The notes under the pieces: generated by a model
The model's database searches: none
Seen by the model: only the letters and a program-made list of their open reading frames with translations
What the model was told of the DNA's origin: nothing
Source of the DNA: Octopus vulgaris
Lineage: Eukaryota
Reading direction: 5' to 3'
DNA length: 64,000 nucleotides
Assembly: GCA_951406725.2 (NCBI GenBank)
Contig: OX597829.1
Coordinates: 24,118,001-24,182,000 of the forward strand
Made by a program: the position numbers and the translations under genes
Shown: piece by piece, positions 13,132 through 26,259 of the stretch
Numbering within the stretch: the first letter of the stretch is position 1
Layout of the letters: every line of letters begins with the position of its first letter

Positions 13132-14039
13132 ATTAAGGCAATTATTTCTGACTTCTTTCTTTAATTTTTTTTTTCCCAACTGTATGTTGTGTGTCTGTGT
13201 ATCACCATCAGCTTTTAACATCTATCTTGCATGTTCACCCAACAAGCCAAAGGACAGTGTCGAGCTCCAATATCTGTTTTGGCATGGTTTCTGTGGTTGG
13301 ATGCTCTTCCTAACTCTGACTGTTAGAGTGTACTGAGCACCTTTTTTTTTTCTTTTTACCATGTAACTTGCAAAACTAAGGTCCCTTTGGCTGAGTGAGG
13401 CTACAGTAGAGGAGGAGTAAGTATTATGCTTGATGTGATGAGTGGTTAAAGTATGAAAGAGACCTGAACAAGTTTCTTTCTGCAGACAAGACGTATAGCT
13501 ACTCATATTATAGAAGAATGGGTGGGAGTAGCTGGGACTGGAAAGAAATATACTGAATAATGAGGAGTGTGGTTGATGATAGTTGGAAGATAGAGGAGAG
13601 TAGGTGATGACAAAAGAATTGGGTTAAGTTGAGGTGTAAATGTAGTGAATGATGAACAAAGACAGAAGAATAATCAGTAATATATATGAGTTGGGATGGG
13701 TGAGTTTGGGAAGAGTTGGTGCTGACTAGCAGTACAGAAAAGAGTGAAGAGCAGTAGAACAGTAATCTTAGATAAAGTAGACAGGAGAAGGATGTGGGAA
13801 AGGTAGATAACATGAGGGTGGTTTCATTGCCAGAGTAAGATGAAAAACATAGTGAGCAGGGAGGGTGAAAAATGTGTGGAGATAGGGGGCAAGTCAACAG
13901 GAAGTAGTTCATTGAAGAGGGATATATATATATATACACACACATGCTGTGTCCTCTACTGTCAAAACCGTCGTAGAAATCCTGTGCAATCTTCTGCCTG
14001 GTCAATTCCTGTTAAACCATCCAAAAATATATATATGTA

Positions 14040-14250
14040 AACACATACCTCTATGCCCATCTTGTTATACAGATACTCTTCTTCATATGCACACAACTTC
14101 CAACCTTTATCTCTCTTCTCAACTCCTCCCCATAAAACAACATTCCCACCAGCCTTCAACAGTCTCTGATGAAGGACTCAATGTCCAAAATGTCAAAGAC
14201 CTTTTTCTTTTTTTCCTTTTCAAGCGGACATTAACAACGATTATGATACA
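14040..14250 (+). mobile_element. Short TA-flanked element with degenerate hammerhead
   Basis: GTCT CTGATGA AGGAC TCAAT GTCC AAAATGTC AAAGAC at 14162-14200, which is the consensus GAAACGTC with two CpG-type transitions. Confidence 0.6.
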
Positions 14251-14869
14251 TATATATAAACATGCCTGGCCATGAAGAAATATTATCTTGCTTTGAAAGA
14301 GGGGAAGAACTGTTTGATAGGATATCTGGCCATAGAAAGTCTTCCAATGAATTTCATTTGGCTCATGGAAAGTAAATCTTAAAGTATTATATATATACTT
14401 AACATTGTTGTATTTTTCATTATACACATTCTTTTATTACTGGTGTGTTGAGTGTTTCATCTTATTGCTACAATGTACTGTAGATTATATTTGTAGCCTC
14501 TTTAGCCAACACTGTGTGTTAGAGCAATTGTAATCAATGTGTCTATACAATAAGTCCAAGGATAGAAAATGAAAATGAAAACAGCTATACCCATGTTGGA
14601 ATCATCATTAGCAACTTCATACTTTTCCCATTCTGGTTTTGCTTCATATTTGCTTCAAATTTTGGCACAAGATCAGCAAATTCATGAGAGGGGTTAAGTT
14701 GATTACACTGACCACAGTGTTCAACTGTTACTTATTTTATAGACCTTGAAAGGATGAAAGTCGACTCTGACAGCATTTGAACTCAGAATGTAAAGACTGA
14801 CAAAATGCCACTAAGCATTTTACCCGCCACTGTAACAATTCTGCCATCTTCCCATCTATATTTTGTTTC

Positions 14870-15133
14870 ATATTGCTATACTCTTTCCAACATGTTTTAC
14901 TTGTCTAACTTCATTTATTTATTCATTTGTATTTCCTATTTATCTCTCAATCTTCCTCATTTTATCTGCATGCTTTTATGTTGAGGTGTTACACATTTTT
15001 ATTCTCTCAATCCTTTTTGTTGAAGAGCATATGCTCGAAATGTCAAAGACTTTTCCATTCTTCCTGAGTGTTAAACTAATACACCTTGTTGTTCCTTCAC
15101 CTGTCTTTGTCTTTTCTTTTCTGTAACTTTGAA

Positions 15134-15136
<3 letters not shown>
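14870..15136 (+). mobile_element. Short element ending in (TA)n with degenerate hammerhead
   Basis: CTTT TTGTTGA AGAGC ATAT GCTC GAAATGTC AAAG at 15013-15048. Confidence 0.55.
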
Positions 15137-15185
<49 letters not shown>

Positions 15186-15289
15186 GAATGTCATGCAGCC
15201 TTGTCCACAGTATGTTCTTACATTTTTATATATATATATAAACCATCCATTTTCTACACCCACTACTCTTGGAAGAGCCATGAGGGTAG

Positions 15290-15565
15290 TGTCCTCTGGC
15301 ACTTCCTCCATAAGGTCCTGTCAGAAGCAACCATTGTACCACTTTGCAGTTTAATTCCCAAACATGACCTACTGAAACTTTTATTACAACCATTTCATTC
15401 TTGGTCTGCTAGATCTCCTCCTACAAGTAGGCTCAGCTTTAAAAAAATCCATCTTGCAATTCTTTCCTGCAATAGTCTAATCACATGTCCATAGTACCAG
15501 AACTGTGACCTCTCCATGCAAAGCAGTAACAGCTCAATGTGAAGAGATTTCTTATCTCTAAACCT
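15290..15565 (-). mobile_element. RTE-clade LINE 3' fragment
   Basis: Translation LHIELLLLCMERSQFWYYGHVIRL resembles the RTE RT C-terminal LRWYGHV.RM segment. Confidence 0.55.
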
Positions 15566-15587
15566 TGTGTGTATAAATGTATGTAAA

Positions 15588-15920
15588 AGTAAAGATCCTC
15601 TTTGGTCATGAATGACCATGGGATTACACCCAGAAAGTTCCCTTCCTAGGCACAAGTTCAGGCAAGATTGTTTTATGGAAGACCAGCAGTTGCCCATACC
15701 TACCAACCCTCCTCTACATGCCACTGATGTTATCCAAGGGAAAGGCAACGGCCGATACAGCTTGGCACCAGTGACATTGCAACTCATTTCTACAGCTGAG
15801 TGAACTGGAGCAATGTGAAATAAAGTGTGTTGCTCATTAACACAACACAGCCCAGTTAGGGAATCGAACTCACAACCTCACAATTGTAAGTTCTACGCTC
15901 TAACCACTGAGCCATGTGCC
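15588..15920 (-). mobile_element. tRNA-headed SINE
   Basis: Minus strand begins GGCACATGGCTCAGTGGTTAGAGCG...GAGTTCGATTCCC (A- and B-box-like), followed by a non-tRNA body. Confidence 0.65.
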
Positions 15921-16338
15921 TTGAAATATGTACATTGTACAATTTTTCACAGGTTGGTTTCTTTTAAAGTTTAATTAATTTTAATATCTTCCTATTCAAA
16001 ATTAGAAACTGGGTACTAGTACACATCATGTTTGGCAGGCTCACTTTTGGAAGTTTTGATTTTTAAGTAAAAAGACTCTGCTTCTTTGTGCATTCACTTC
16101 AGTTTAACATCCAAACTCAATTAGCTACACACTGAAATTATGCAAACTTTGAAGTAAAATAATTTTAGAGCAAGAAATACAAAAGATAGGTGCAAGTTAA
16201 CAAGCTTGCTTCCCAACCAACCATGCAACTTCGGGTTCAAATCTCACTGTGTGGCACCTTGAGCAAGTGCCTCCTATAGCTCTAGGTTAACCAAAGCTTT
16301 GTAAGTGAATTTAGTAGATAGAAACTGATTATGAAACA

Positions 16339-16875
16339 TCTATAATAATAAAAGCAAAATTCTATCTGTTTGTATGGGACCCCCATATCTCAACCTATAT
16401 TTGCTCTACATAGATATATTATACCTTTTTGAAATCAGGATGATCCCGGGGTTGACAATCTGCCCTTCATTTGGTTCTTGAACATCCAGCATAGGAATCT
16501 GATTTGAAAACATTTGGGTTACTATTTCTAGCAGGTAAAGCTTGGCTGATTCATGCCATCTTGGTGGCATTTGTCAGATGACATCAGAGATCAAGGGAAA
16601 GATAAAAATGAAATTTGTTTCATCGAGAAAAGCACTTCAGGACAGATAGGCCAACAGTTGGAATTCAACTTGGGACTGGAACAATAGAACGATTGCATTA
16701 TAGAATTAATTCTCATCCATCCTTAACCTCTGATCAAACACCACTGAGGTATATAGTCATTTTACATGTATTATAGTCATGCTACTTAGCTCTCTTAAGT
16801 TTTGGGCCAAAGGCCCAGTTAACCTTCTGCAGGAGGTAGCTTAAAATTCCACAAGGAATGCAGCTTTTAAGCTAG
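16339..16875 (+). mobile_element. Possible non-autonomous Helitron
   Basis: A|TCTATAATAATAAAA 5' end and CTAG|T 3' end with no TSD; subterminal hairpin not clearly seen. Confidence 0.4.
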
Positions 16876-17738
16876 TTGTTGATAAATAAGCATGCTAACA
16901 TTTTTATAATGAGCTTGCTAGCAAGCCAAAACTTTGAAGACAATGTCACCTGTCATTTTGTAAAAGTTTAATAAACATGTATTCTACTAAAAAATATTGA
17001 ATGATTTATTCAGTTTAATGCTAAATTGTTTATATGAATGTACTTGACATAACAAACAAATAATATATTATTTGTGTGTTTCAGTGTTCCTTCATTTTAA
17101 CATCATGATAGTTGTAAATGAATGTCATACAAGCAATACTGTTTGTTTCTAGTCTTCCCTGAAAAAACATGCCTGGCCATGGTGAAATATTACCTTGCTT
17201 GGAAACAAGTTAGGGCTGGAAAACAACAAAAGGGGTATCTAGCTGTCGAAAATCTACCTCAGCAAATCTTATCTGTTCCATACTATCATGGAAAAGTGGA
17301 TGTAATATGAAGAAAGATAAAGGTGGATTCAGTGAATTATTCCACCAAATACTTTATTCTGATTGGTGCAACATTCAGGTTTACAAAGAATAGTTTTGCA
17401 ATGGCTGAAATTTAATGATGTCCACAAAGTGTGTTATTGAAGAGAAATACAATTCCCAACCAGGGTCCATATGAGGTTTATTTTTTTGTTAAAATTTATG
17501 AGCAATAAATTTGTTATACTTCTACAATACACTAATTATTTTGATGATTTTTCTTATATAATTCCTAATGATATTTAATCATAAAAATATACCGGGATAT
17601 TTTAAACATGAAATGGTTCAGAGGGTCCACCAGAGTAAAATAAGAATTGAGGAGGTCCATATGATAAAAAATAGTTGAAAAACACTGCTGCACAGAACTG
17701 TCTATAGAATGGCAGAAATAGGTTTTGCTGGAAATTAA

Positions 17739-17958
17739 CCTTTTCATTACCAACCTGGCTGAAACTGGCTCTGGCTCTGAGTACAAATGTCTTGTTTTCA
17801 TGAGTTTTAAATTAAAATCTTCCACCAAACCTTAGTCACAATTTATGTTCCTAACATTAGCTGAATGGTAACTAAGTTATTTTACTAAATTCTTTGTTAT
17901 ATTTAAAGTAATTGAAAGAAATACGGTGCATCTCAAAATAAATACAGTAATGAAAAGG
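17739..17958. mobile_element. piggyBac-type MITE (second family)
   Basis: Perfect 12-bp TIR CCTTTTCATTAC/GTAATGAAAAGG with TTAA on both sides; related interrupted copy at 27982-28942 and remnant at ~39320-39520. Confidence 0.8.
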
Positions 17959-17999
17959 TTAAACAAATTAAAAAGGAGGGAGAGAAGAAAAAAAATCAA

Positions 18000-20800
18000 G
18001 AGAAGGTACTTGATGGCTTTACCAATTAGCTTCAAGTATACTGACATGGAGTGAGAGAGAGAAAAGATACTGGATGGCCTTACCAATTGGCATCAGAGAG
18101 AGAGACAATATTGGCTGGCATTGCCAGCTGGTTACAGAAAGAGTGACCATAAAAAGTGAGAAGATACTGGATAGCCTTACCAGCTAGCAACAAAATAACT
18201 GACCAAAAGAGATGGGAGATACTGAATAACCTTACTGGTTGGCAACAAAATATTTGACCAAAAGAAATGGGAGATACTGGATAGCCTCATTTGCTGGCAA
18301 CAAAATATGTGACCAAAAGAGGTGAGAGATACTGGATAGCCTTATTGGCTGGTAACAAAATATCTGACAAAAAGAGACAGGAGATACTGGATAGCCTTAA
18401 TGACTGGCAGCAAAATATCTGACCGAAAGAGACAGGAGATACTGGATAGTCTTAATGACTGGCAGCAAAATATCTGACCGAAAGAGACAGGAGATACTGG
18501 ATAGTCTTAATGACTGGCAGCAAAATATCTGACAGAAAGAGACAGGAGATACTGGATAGTCTTAATGACTGGCAGCAAAATATCTGACCGAAAGAGACAG
18601 GAGATACTGGATAGTCTTAATGACTGGCAGCAAAATATCTGACCGAAAGAGACAGGAGATACTGGATAGTCTTAATGACTGGCAGCAAAATATCTGACCG
18701 AAAGAGACAGGAGATACTGGATAGTCTTAATGACTGGCAGCAAAATATCTGACCGAAAGAGACAGGAGATACTGGATAGCATTACTAGCTGGCAACAAAA
18801 TATCTGACCGAAAGAGACAGGAGATACTGGATAGTCTTTAATGACTGGCAGCAAAATATCTGACCGAAAGAGACAGGAGATACTGGATAGTCTTAATGAC
18901 TGGCAGCAAAATATCTGACCAAAAGAGATGGGAGATACTGGATAGCCTTAGTGGATGGCAACAAAATAACTGACCAAAAGAGATGGGAGATACTGGACAG
19001 CCTTACTGGTTGGCAACAAAATAACTGACCAAGAGAAAACTAGAAGATACTGTATGGCCTTTCCATTTGGTAACAAAATATCTGACCAAAAGAGACGGGA
19101 GATACTGGATAGCCTTAGTGGATGGCAACAAAATAACTGACCAAAAGGGACAGGAGATACTGGATAGCCTTAGTGGATGGCAACAAAATATCTGACCAAA
19201 AGAGACGGGAGATACTGGATAGCCTTAGTGGATGGCAATAAAATATCTGACCAAAAGAGATGGGAGATACTGGATAACCTTACCAGCTGGCAACAAAATA
19301 ACTGACCAAAAGAGATGGGAGATACTGGACAGCCTTACTGGTTGGCAACAAAATAACTGACCAAGAGAAAACTAGAAGATACTGTATGGCCTTTCCATTT
19401 GGTAACAATAACTGACTGAATGAGAGAGCAAGAGATAATGGGAGGGAATGAAAGAGATGGTACTGGATGGCCATACCAGCTGGTTACAAGAAAACTGACT
19501 GGCGAGAGAAGAAATTGGGAGGCCTTACCCACTGATGACAGGAAGTCTGACCTAGAGAGAGTAAATACTGGACAACCTCACCAGCAGTTACAGGAAGTTT
19601 GACCTGGAGAGAGAGAAGCCACTGGATGGCCTTTCAAGCTGGCTATAGTATAATTGACCAAAAGAAACACGGGAGATACTGGTTGGTCTTAACAGCAGGT
19701 TACAAAAAAATTGATCTGGAAAGAGTGAGAGAGAAGATACTGAATTAATCACTGATTGGCTACAGGAAGACCAGCTATGAGAAAGAGAGAAGATACTCAA
19801 TGGCCTTACCAGTTGGAAACAAAATAACTGACCAAGAGTGAGAAAGAGCTAGAAGGCATGAAAGAGAGAAGATACTGGATGAATTACCAATTGGCTACAG
19901 AAAAACTGGTCGAGAGAGAAAGAGAAGACAGACACAGGATGACCATAGTAGCTGGCTCCAGAAAATCTGACCAAAAAAAGAGAAGCGGGTGATAGTGGAT
20001 GACCTTACCAGCTGGTTATAGAGACACTGATCTGGACAGAGAGAGAAGATACTAGATGATTTACCAGTCAGCTACAGAATGACTGACCAAGGGACAGAAG
20101 ATACTGGATAATATTGCAAGCTTCTTTTCAGGAAAACTGACCAAAGGAGAGAGAGAAAGAAGTTATTGGATGGTCTTACAAACTGGTTACAGAAAATCTG
20201 GCCGAAAGACAGGAGATACTGGATGGCCTAACCAGCTGGTCATAGAGGCACTGACATGGGGAGGGAGTGAGAGAAAAGTTACAGGGATGATTTTCCTATT
20301 GGCTACAGGAAGTTTGACCAGGAGAGAGAGAGAAGATACTGGATGGCTTCTTATCCAGATCCAGATACTAGATGCTTCAGTAGCAGGTTACAGAATGACT
20401 GACCAAGAAAGAAGAAGGGAAGATACTGGATGCTGGTTATAGAAAGATTGCAAACTAATTAAAGGAAGGCTGACCAAGAGAGAGAGAAAAAGAAGCTGGT
20501 TACAAAAAGTCTAAGCAAAAGAAAGGCAAAAGATACTAGATGACCTTACCAGCTAGTATAAGAAGAAACCTGGATATTGATTAAGAGAGAAGATACTGGA
20601 TGATTTACTTATTGGCTACAGAACAACTGGCCAAGAGAGAACGAAAAGATACTGGAAGGTTTTTACCAGCTGGTTAGAGGATAACTGACCAAGAGAAGGA
20701 GAAAGAAGTTCCTGGGTAGCCTTTCCGGCTGGCAACAGGAAGACTGACAAGGAAAGACAGAAAATACTGCATGGCTACACTAATTGGTTACAGAAAGACG
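18000..20800. repeat. 55-bp purine-rich minisatellite array with homogeneous core and diverged flanks
   Basis: Unit GACTGGCAGCAAAATATCTGACCGAAAGAGACAGGAGATACTGGATAGTCTTAAT, period 55 (e.g. 18401 and 18456); near-identical copies at ~18365-18920; GATACTGGA core still recognisable to ~20770. Confidence 0.92.
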
Positions 20801-21337
20801 GACCTAATAACTTGCTGTGTTGAGTGAGGGAGATGAAGGTGGGGATGATTGCTTCAATGTTATGTAAAATGTGTTATTCATAAATTTATGGATAATTTTG
20901 TATACCTATGCGGTGTGAGACAAATGATGTCATCTTTCTGTAGGTATATGAATATGTGTGTGAATATATATGGTTGTATGTGTGTGTGTATGTGTTTATT
21001 TTGTATATAGATTATTGAAAGACAGTTTCCCTCTAAAATATATTATATAGACTATTTACTTGTCTTGCACGACACAAATCAAGAGACAGCATTATGTCAA
21101 TTTTCTGTGGTCTTTCCTTCCTTTCATAATTATAATATTTTTTACACAAAAACAAAAAGATTTCATAATTTATGTTTCACATACTCAGATACACACATGT
21201 TTATATCCATTCATACATACACAAAAGCATACACATGTACACACACAAGCATGTGCACACACACACGCACACACACGCACACAAGCACATACACAAAAGC
21301 ATGCACACACACTCACATACACACACATGCACATATA

Positions 21338-21390
<53 letters not shown>

Positions 21391-24300
21391 TTGTTCACAA
21401 AAGCACACACACACACATATACACACACATGCATACATGCATACACATATATACACTATGAAGGAAGTCACATGGTTGCACAAAATTAGCATAAGTTTTC
21501 CTTTTTCCATTTCAGATATTATTTTTAAATTTTGAAAAAAAATTTTTATAAGTCATACTGTCTCAAGTTTACAAATAACAAACAAATTCAAAAAGATGTT
21601 TCGAAAAAATAAAGGGGGGGGGGTTGCAAAAGTTTAAAAAAATAAAATTTTGTCTTGTATAAATCCAAAGAAATTGTCTCAAAATACCAACTAGCATAAT
21701 ATCTACAGATGGTTAAATGCTGTGCTTCTGTTTCATTTTGGCATGGAAATTACTTTAACATCTTTAACTATTTTTAACTATAGGCACAGTATGGGTAAGA
21801 AGCTTGCTTCTCAAACTCATGGTGCTGTGTTCAGTCCCCCTGCATGCCACCTTGGGTAAACATCTACTATAGCCTCAGGCCAACTAAAACCTGTGAGTGG
21901 ATTTGGTAGACAGAAACTGAAAGAAACCCATTATGTGTGTGTGTGTGTCTCCCAGCACCACTTGACAACTAGTGTTGATGTATTTACATGTCTGTGACTT
22001 AGCAGTTCAGCAAAAGAGACAATAGAATAAGTATCAGGCTTTAAAAAATAAGTACTGGGTTTTGATTCATTTAACTAAAAATTCAAGGCGATGCCCCAAG
22101 GCCACAGTCTAATGACTGAAACAGGTATAATATATAAGTAAAAGATATTACATCTGCCTCACGAAATAGGTGTATGAGTAAGAAATAGTAAAAATTTACC
22201 AAAAAAGAACACAGAATTAGGGGTGGAGGACAAAGAATTTTTTCATGCAGAAACCACCACCTAATTCTTGGCATTTTTCCTTCTCTTTTGGATCATCGTC
22301 ATCATCATCATCGTTTAGTGTCCGCTTTCCATGCTGGCATGGGTTGGACGGTTCAACTGGGGTCTGGGAAGCCAGAAGGCTGCACCAGGCCCAGTCTGAT
22401 CTGGCAATGTTTCTACGGCTGGATGCCCTTCCTAATGCCAATCACTCCATGAGAGTAGTGGGTGCTTTTTACATGCCACCGGCACAGGTGCCAGGCGAAG
22501 CTGGCAACAGCCATGATCGGATGGTGCTTTTTATGTGCCACCAGCACGGAGGCCAGTCGGGGCGACGCTGGCAACGGCCACGTTCGGATGGTTCTCTTAT
22601 GTGCCACCGGCATCACAGCTACAATTTCCATTGATGTTGATCAATTTTGATTTTGATTTTGATTTTCACTTGCCTCAACAGGTCTAGTAATAACTATTCT
22701 GAAAGCTCATCAAAAAGGTGTAACAGTAAAAATTTACCAATAATTTGATTTCTATGGGGCCCTAAAAATGAAAAATGCCAAGACTAATTTGCAGCCCAAT
22801 TAACCAATGCAGATACCACACACATGCACATAAACCTACAAATGTTTGCTGAAATGACAAAAACTAAATATGTATCCTGTAAAGATACCATGAGAAATAT
22901 GTGTCCAACTTAAAAACATTCAATTTGGTGATGATTCGTTTTATGATACCAAAAATGAAACTACAGAAGTTAGCAGAGATCATCATTTGCTGAAAACTCA
23001 ACAGTGAAAGAGAAGAAAACTATTTTTCCTTTTTAAATGAAATGTAAGTGAAACATGCCTGATGTAACAAAATGATAATTCTAAAATCGGAAGTTTGAAA
23101 TGGGTGGAACTACATAGAAATAACATGTTGAATTCCTGAAAACCTACAAAATATTCAAGGGGTCATCATCATCATCATTGTTTAACGTCCGCTTTCCATG
23201 CTAGCATGGATTGGATGATTTGACTGAGGGCTGGCGAACCAGATGGCTGCACAAGACTCCAATCTTGATCTGGCAAAGTTTCTACAGTTGGATGCCCTTC
23301 CTAACGCCAACCACTCTGAGAGTGTAGTGGGTGCTTTTACGTGCCACCTGCATGAGGGCCAGTCAGGCGGTACTGATAACAGCCATGGAAAAATCATGTT
23401 TTTTTTTTTGGAGGGGGTTACGTGTCACCTGCACACAGGCACAAATGCCAAATTTTTTAAATCTATAAAATATACTATGGTGAATTCTCTTGTTGTAAAT
23501 GACAGATGAGAATTCTGCATTCTTGCTGAACAACCTGCTCAGATGATTTGTTTATAGTGATCATATGTTTGTGCTGCATATAAGCTCACTCCTCCCATCA
23601 ACTCAATGTTTCCTGAACAACTACAAAGTGTTCCACATGTCAGATGTCAAAGCAATCACAGAGCAACATAAAATGAAGTGTCTTGCACTGTCTGGTCCAG
23701 GAACCAAAGCCACAATTTTGTGATTGTGAGTCCAACATCCTCACAACTAGGCCATGTCAATCTTTCCCCTTTTTACTCAATCTTGCCCATTCTTTGTGGT
23801 TTTTCCTCAAAACATCCTCACATAAATTATGCTTTAAGATGGTATTTGATTCAGTGTAATTAGTCTTATCACAGGCTCCCTCAGTGGCTTGTAAAGTGGC
23901 TTATTTATGCTTAAAAGGAAATGAAAGAGGACCAAGTTATGTGGTGCATTGCTGTACTTGAGAAGACCCACCCACTACAACTGATTTGATATCCTAAAAC
24001 CAAGGTACCATGCAAAAAGCATTGGTGTTGGTGCTTTTCCATGTAAAAAAAAACTCTGATGGTGTCATGGAAAAAAGCACTGTTGATGGTGCTATGTAAA
24101 AAGCACTGGTACTGGTACCACATAAAAAGCACTTGTGATGGTACTATGTAAAAAGCACCCAATAGACTCTGTGAAGTGGTTGGCATTAGGAAAGGCATCC
24201 AGCCATAGAAATCAAGCCAAAACAGACTTTAGAACTTGATGCAGCCCCTGGACTTACCAGTTCCTATCAAGCCATCCAACCCATGCCAGCATAGAAAACA

Positions 24301-24549
24301 GACATTAAATGTTGATGTGGAGGATGCACACTTCCTTGAATGTCTGAAAGAAAAAAATTCTAACATGTGCTGTTTTATGTCTATAAAATATATTATAAAA
24401 TTGTAATTTACTCAGTTTAATTAATCTTTGTAATGCAAAATGAGGATTTTATTCATAAATTGGGAGAATGTAGCATGTTTCTACGTTTAAGTTGTATGCA
24501 TTCAACAACTCAACTGCAACAACTTTGTAAACAGGTGAATGAAAAAGTT

Positions 24550-24900
24550 TGGTGCATTCCAGAAGTTTTGAGACTTTTTCCAGAATAGACATTTATTAAT
24601 TTCAAAGAAGGAGAAAACTCCAATTTCCTTCAGAGTAGAATCCTCTGAATTCAATGTACTTGTTACACTTTGTGAAGATCCCCTAGAAATCCTCTGCAGT
24701 GGAGGTATCCAGGACTCTTGTCACAACCATGATCTTCTCAATGTCTTCAAAACAACTGCCCCTGAAGTTCTGCTTGGAGAATAACAAAAGGTCACAGGAA
24801 GTAAGGTCTTGACAGTAAGAAGAGTAAGGGGACAGTTTTGATGTCCATCTCTGTCAAATAGTTGGTCACCAGGATGGAATTGTGACAAGCAGTGTTTAGT
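24550..24900 (-). mobile_element. Mariner transposase 3' remnant
   Basis: Minus strand VTNYLTEMDIKTVP followed, after a frameshift, by a YSPDLAPCD-like segment (YCQDLTSCD). Confidence 0.55.
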
Positions 24901-25179
24901 AGGAGGTGTTCAAAGTCTTGTTACAATAGTTTCTTTCTATTTGGAATATCAAAAATGGCAGGTCAGCTTATTGGATGTATAGCAATTATATACTAAAATT
25001 ACAATAATCTAGGATTGTTATAACTGCCATTCCAAAAATTTCTCAAAACTGAAATGCACCTTATTTACATTATTTACATTCAACAGATATTTGTCCTCAT
25101 CTTGTTTGTTGTTAACACGTTTCAGCTGATATACCCTCCAGCCTTCTTCAGGTGTCTTGGGGAAATTTAAAACCTGGGT

Positions 25180-26259
25180 TCTGTTGTCCATGCTGACATG
25201 GGTTGGATGGTGTGACCAGAGCTGGCAAGTTGGTGAGGGAGGGGCTGTGCCCAACACCCGTCTGATTTGGCATGGTTTCTACAGCTGGAGGCCCTTCTTA
25301 ATGGTAGCAAGTAAAATACACGGTGCATTTCAGTTCTATATTTAAGAGATGAGGAATTATGTACATTATTCACATTATCATTTACATTATTTACATTTGA
25401 CAGATATTTGTCCTCATCTTGTTTGTTGTTAACACAACATTTCAGCTGATATACCCTCCAGCCTTCATCAGGTGTCTTGGGGAAATTTTGAATCTGGGTT
25501 CTCATTCCTAAGGTATTTTTCAATGTTATTATTATTATTGTTCAGTTCACTGCTTGGAATCGAACTCAGAATCTTGGGGTTAGAAGCCATGCTCTTAACC
25601 ACTACGCTATAGGCCCGTGGACATATGGCATAGTGGTTACATCTCTTGTCACATCTCTCTTTCTCCTTCTCTCTCTCTCTCTCTTTGCAAGTGGGCAATC
25701 TTCTTCACCTCTTCAGCAAAACACTTGTTCCTTTCTCTCTATCATACTTTCATATCCTTTAATATATATCCCACTCATTTGAAGTGTTTTGTCTTGCATA
25801 TATTTTATGACCTCTGTAGTGTAGTGGTTAAGAATGTGGGCTACTAACCCCAAGATTCTGAGTTCGATTCCAAGCAGTGAACTGAACAATAATAATAATA
25901 ATAATAATAATAACATTGAAAAATACCTTAGGAATGAGAACCCAGGTTCAAAATTTCCCCAAGACACCTGATGAAGGCTGGAGGGTATATCAGCCAAAGT
26001 GTTGTGTTAACAACAAACAAGATGAGGACAAATATCTGTCAAATGTAAATAATGTAAATGATAATGTGAATAATGTACATAATTCTTCATCTCTTAAATA
26101 TAGAACTGAAATGCACCGTGTATTTTACTTGCTACCATTAAGAAGGGCCTCCAACTGTAGAAACCATGCCAAATCAGACGGGGGGGGGGCACAGTCCCTC
26201 CCTCACCAACTTGCCAGCTCTGGTCACACCATCCAACCCATGTCAGCATGGACAACAGA
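25180..26259. repeat. Local inverted duplication (~430-bp arms, ~210-bp spacer)
   Basis: 25180-25608 is the reverse complement of ~25820-26259 and includes the junction between two different repeat families. The spacer 25630-25811 recurs as a direct copy at ~26424-26571. Confidence 0.85.
25818..26110 (+). mobile_element. tRNA-headed SINE-like element with an (AAT)n spacer and a hammerhead-like motif
   Basis: A-box-like GTAGTGGTTAAG and B-box-like GAGTTCGATTCC, then (AAT)n, then GACAC CTGATGA AGGCTG GAGGGTATAT CAGCC AAAGTGTT GTGTT (25963-26008). Inverted copy at 25330-25608; partial copy at 25060-25182. Confidence 0.65.

Noticed and set aside
18365-18920. Regular repeats that could be mistaken for a CRISPR array or tandem ribozymes (CTGACCGAAA)
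   Set aside because: Head-to-tail identical units with no unique spacers, eukaryotic context, no cas genes; no CTGANGA-stem-GAAA geometry.
25820-25880. tRNA gene candidates (also 15850-15920, 55518-55590, 61879-61950)
   Set aside because: A/B boxes are present but the acceptor stems do not close, and each continues into a repeat body, so they are SINE heads.
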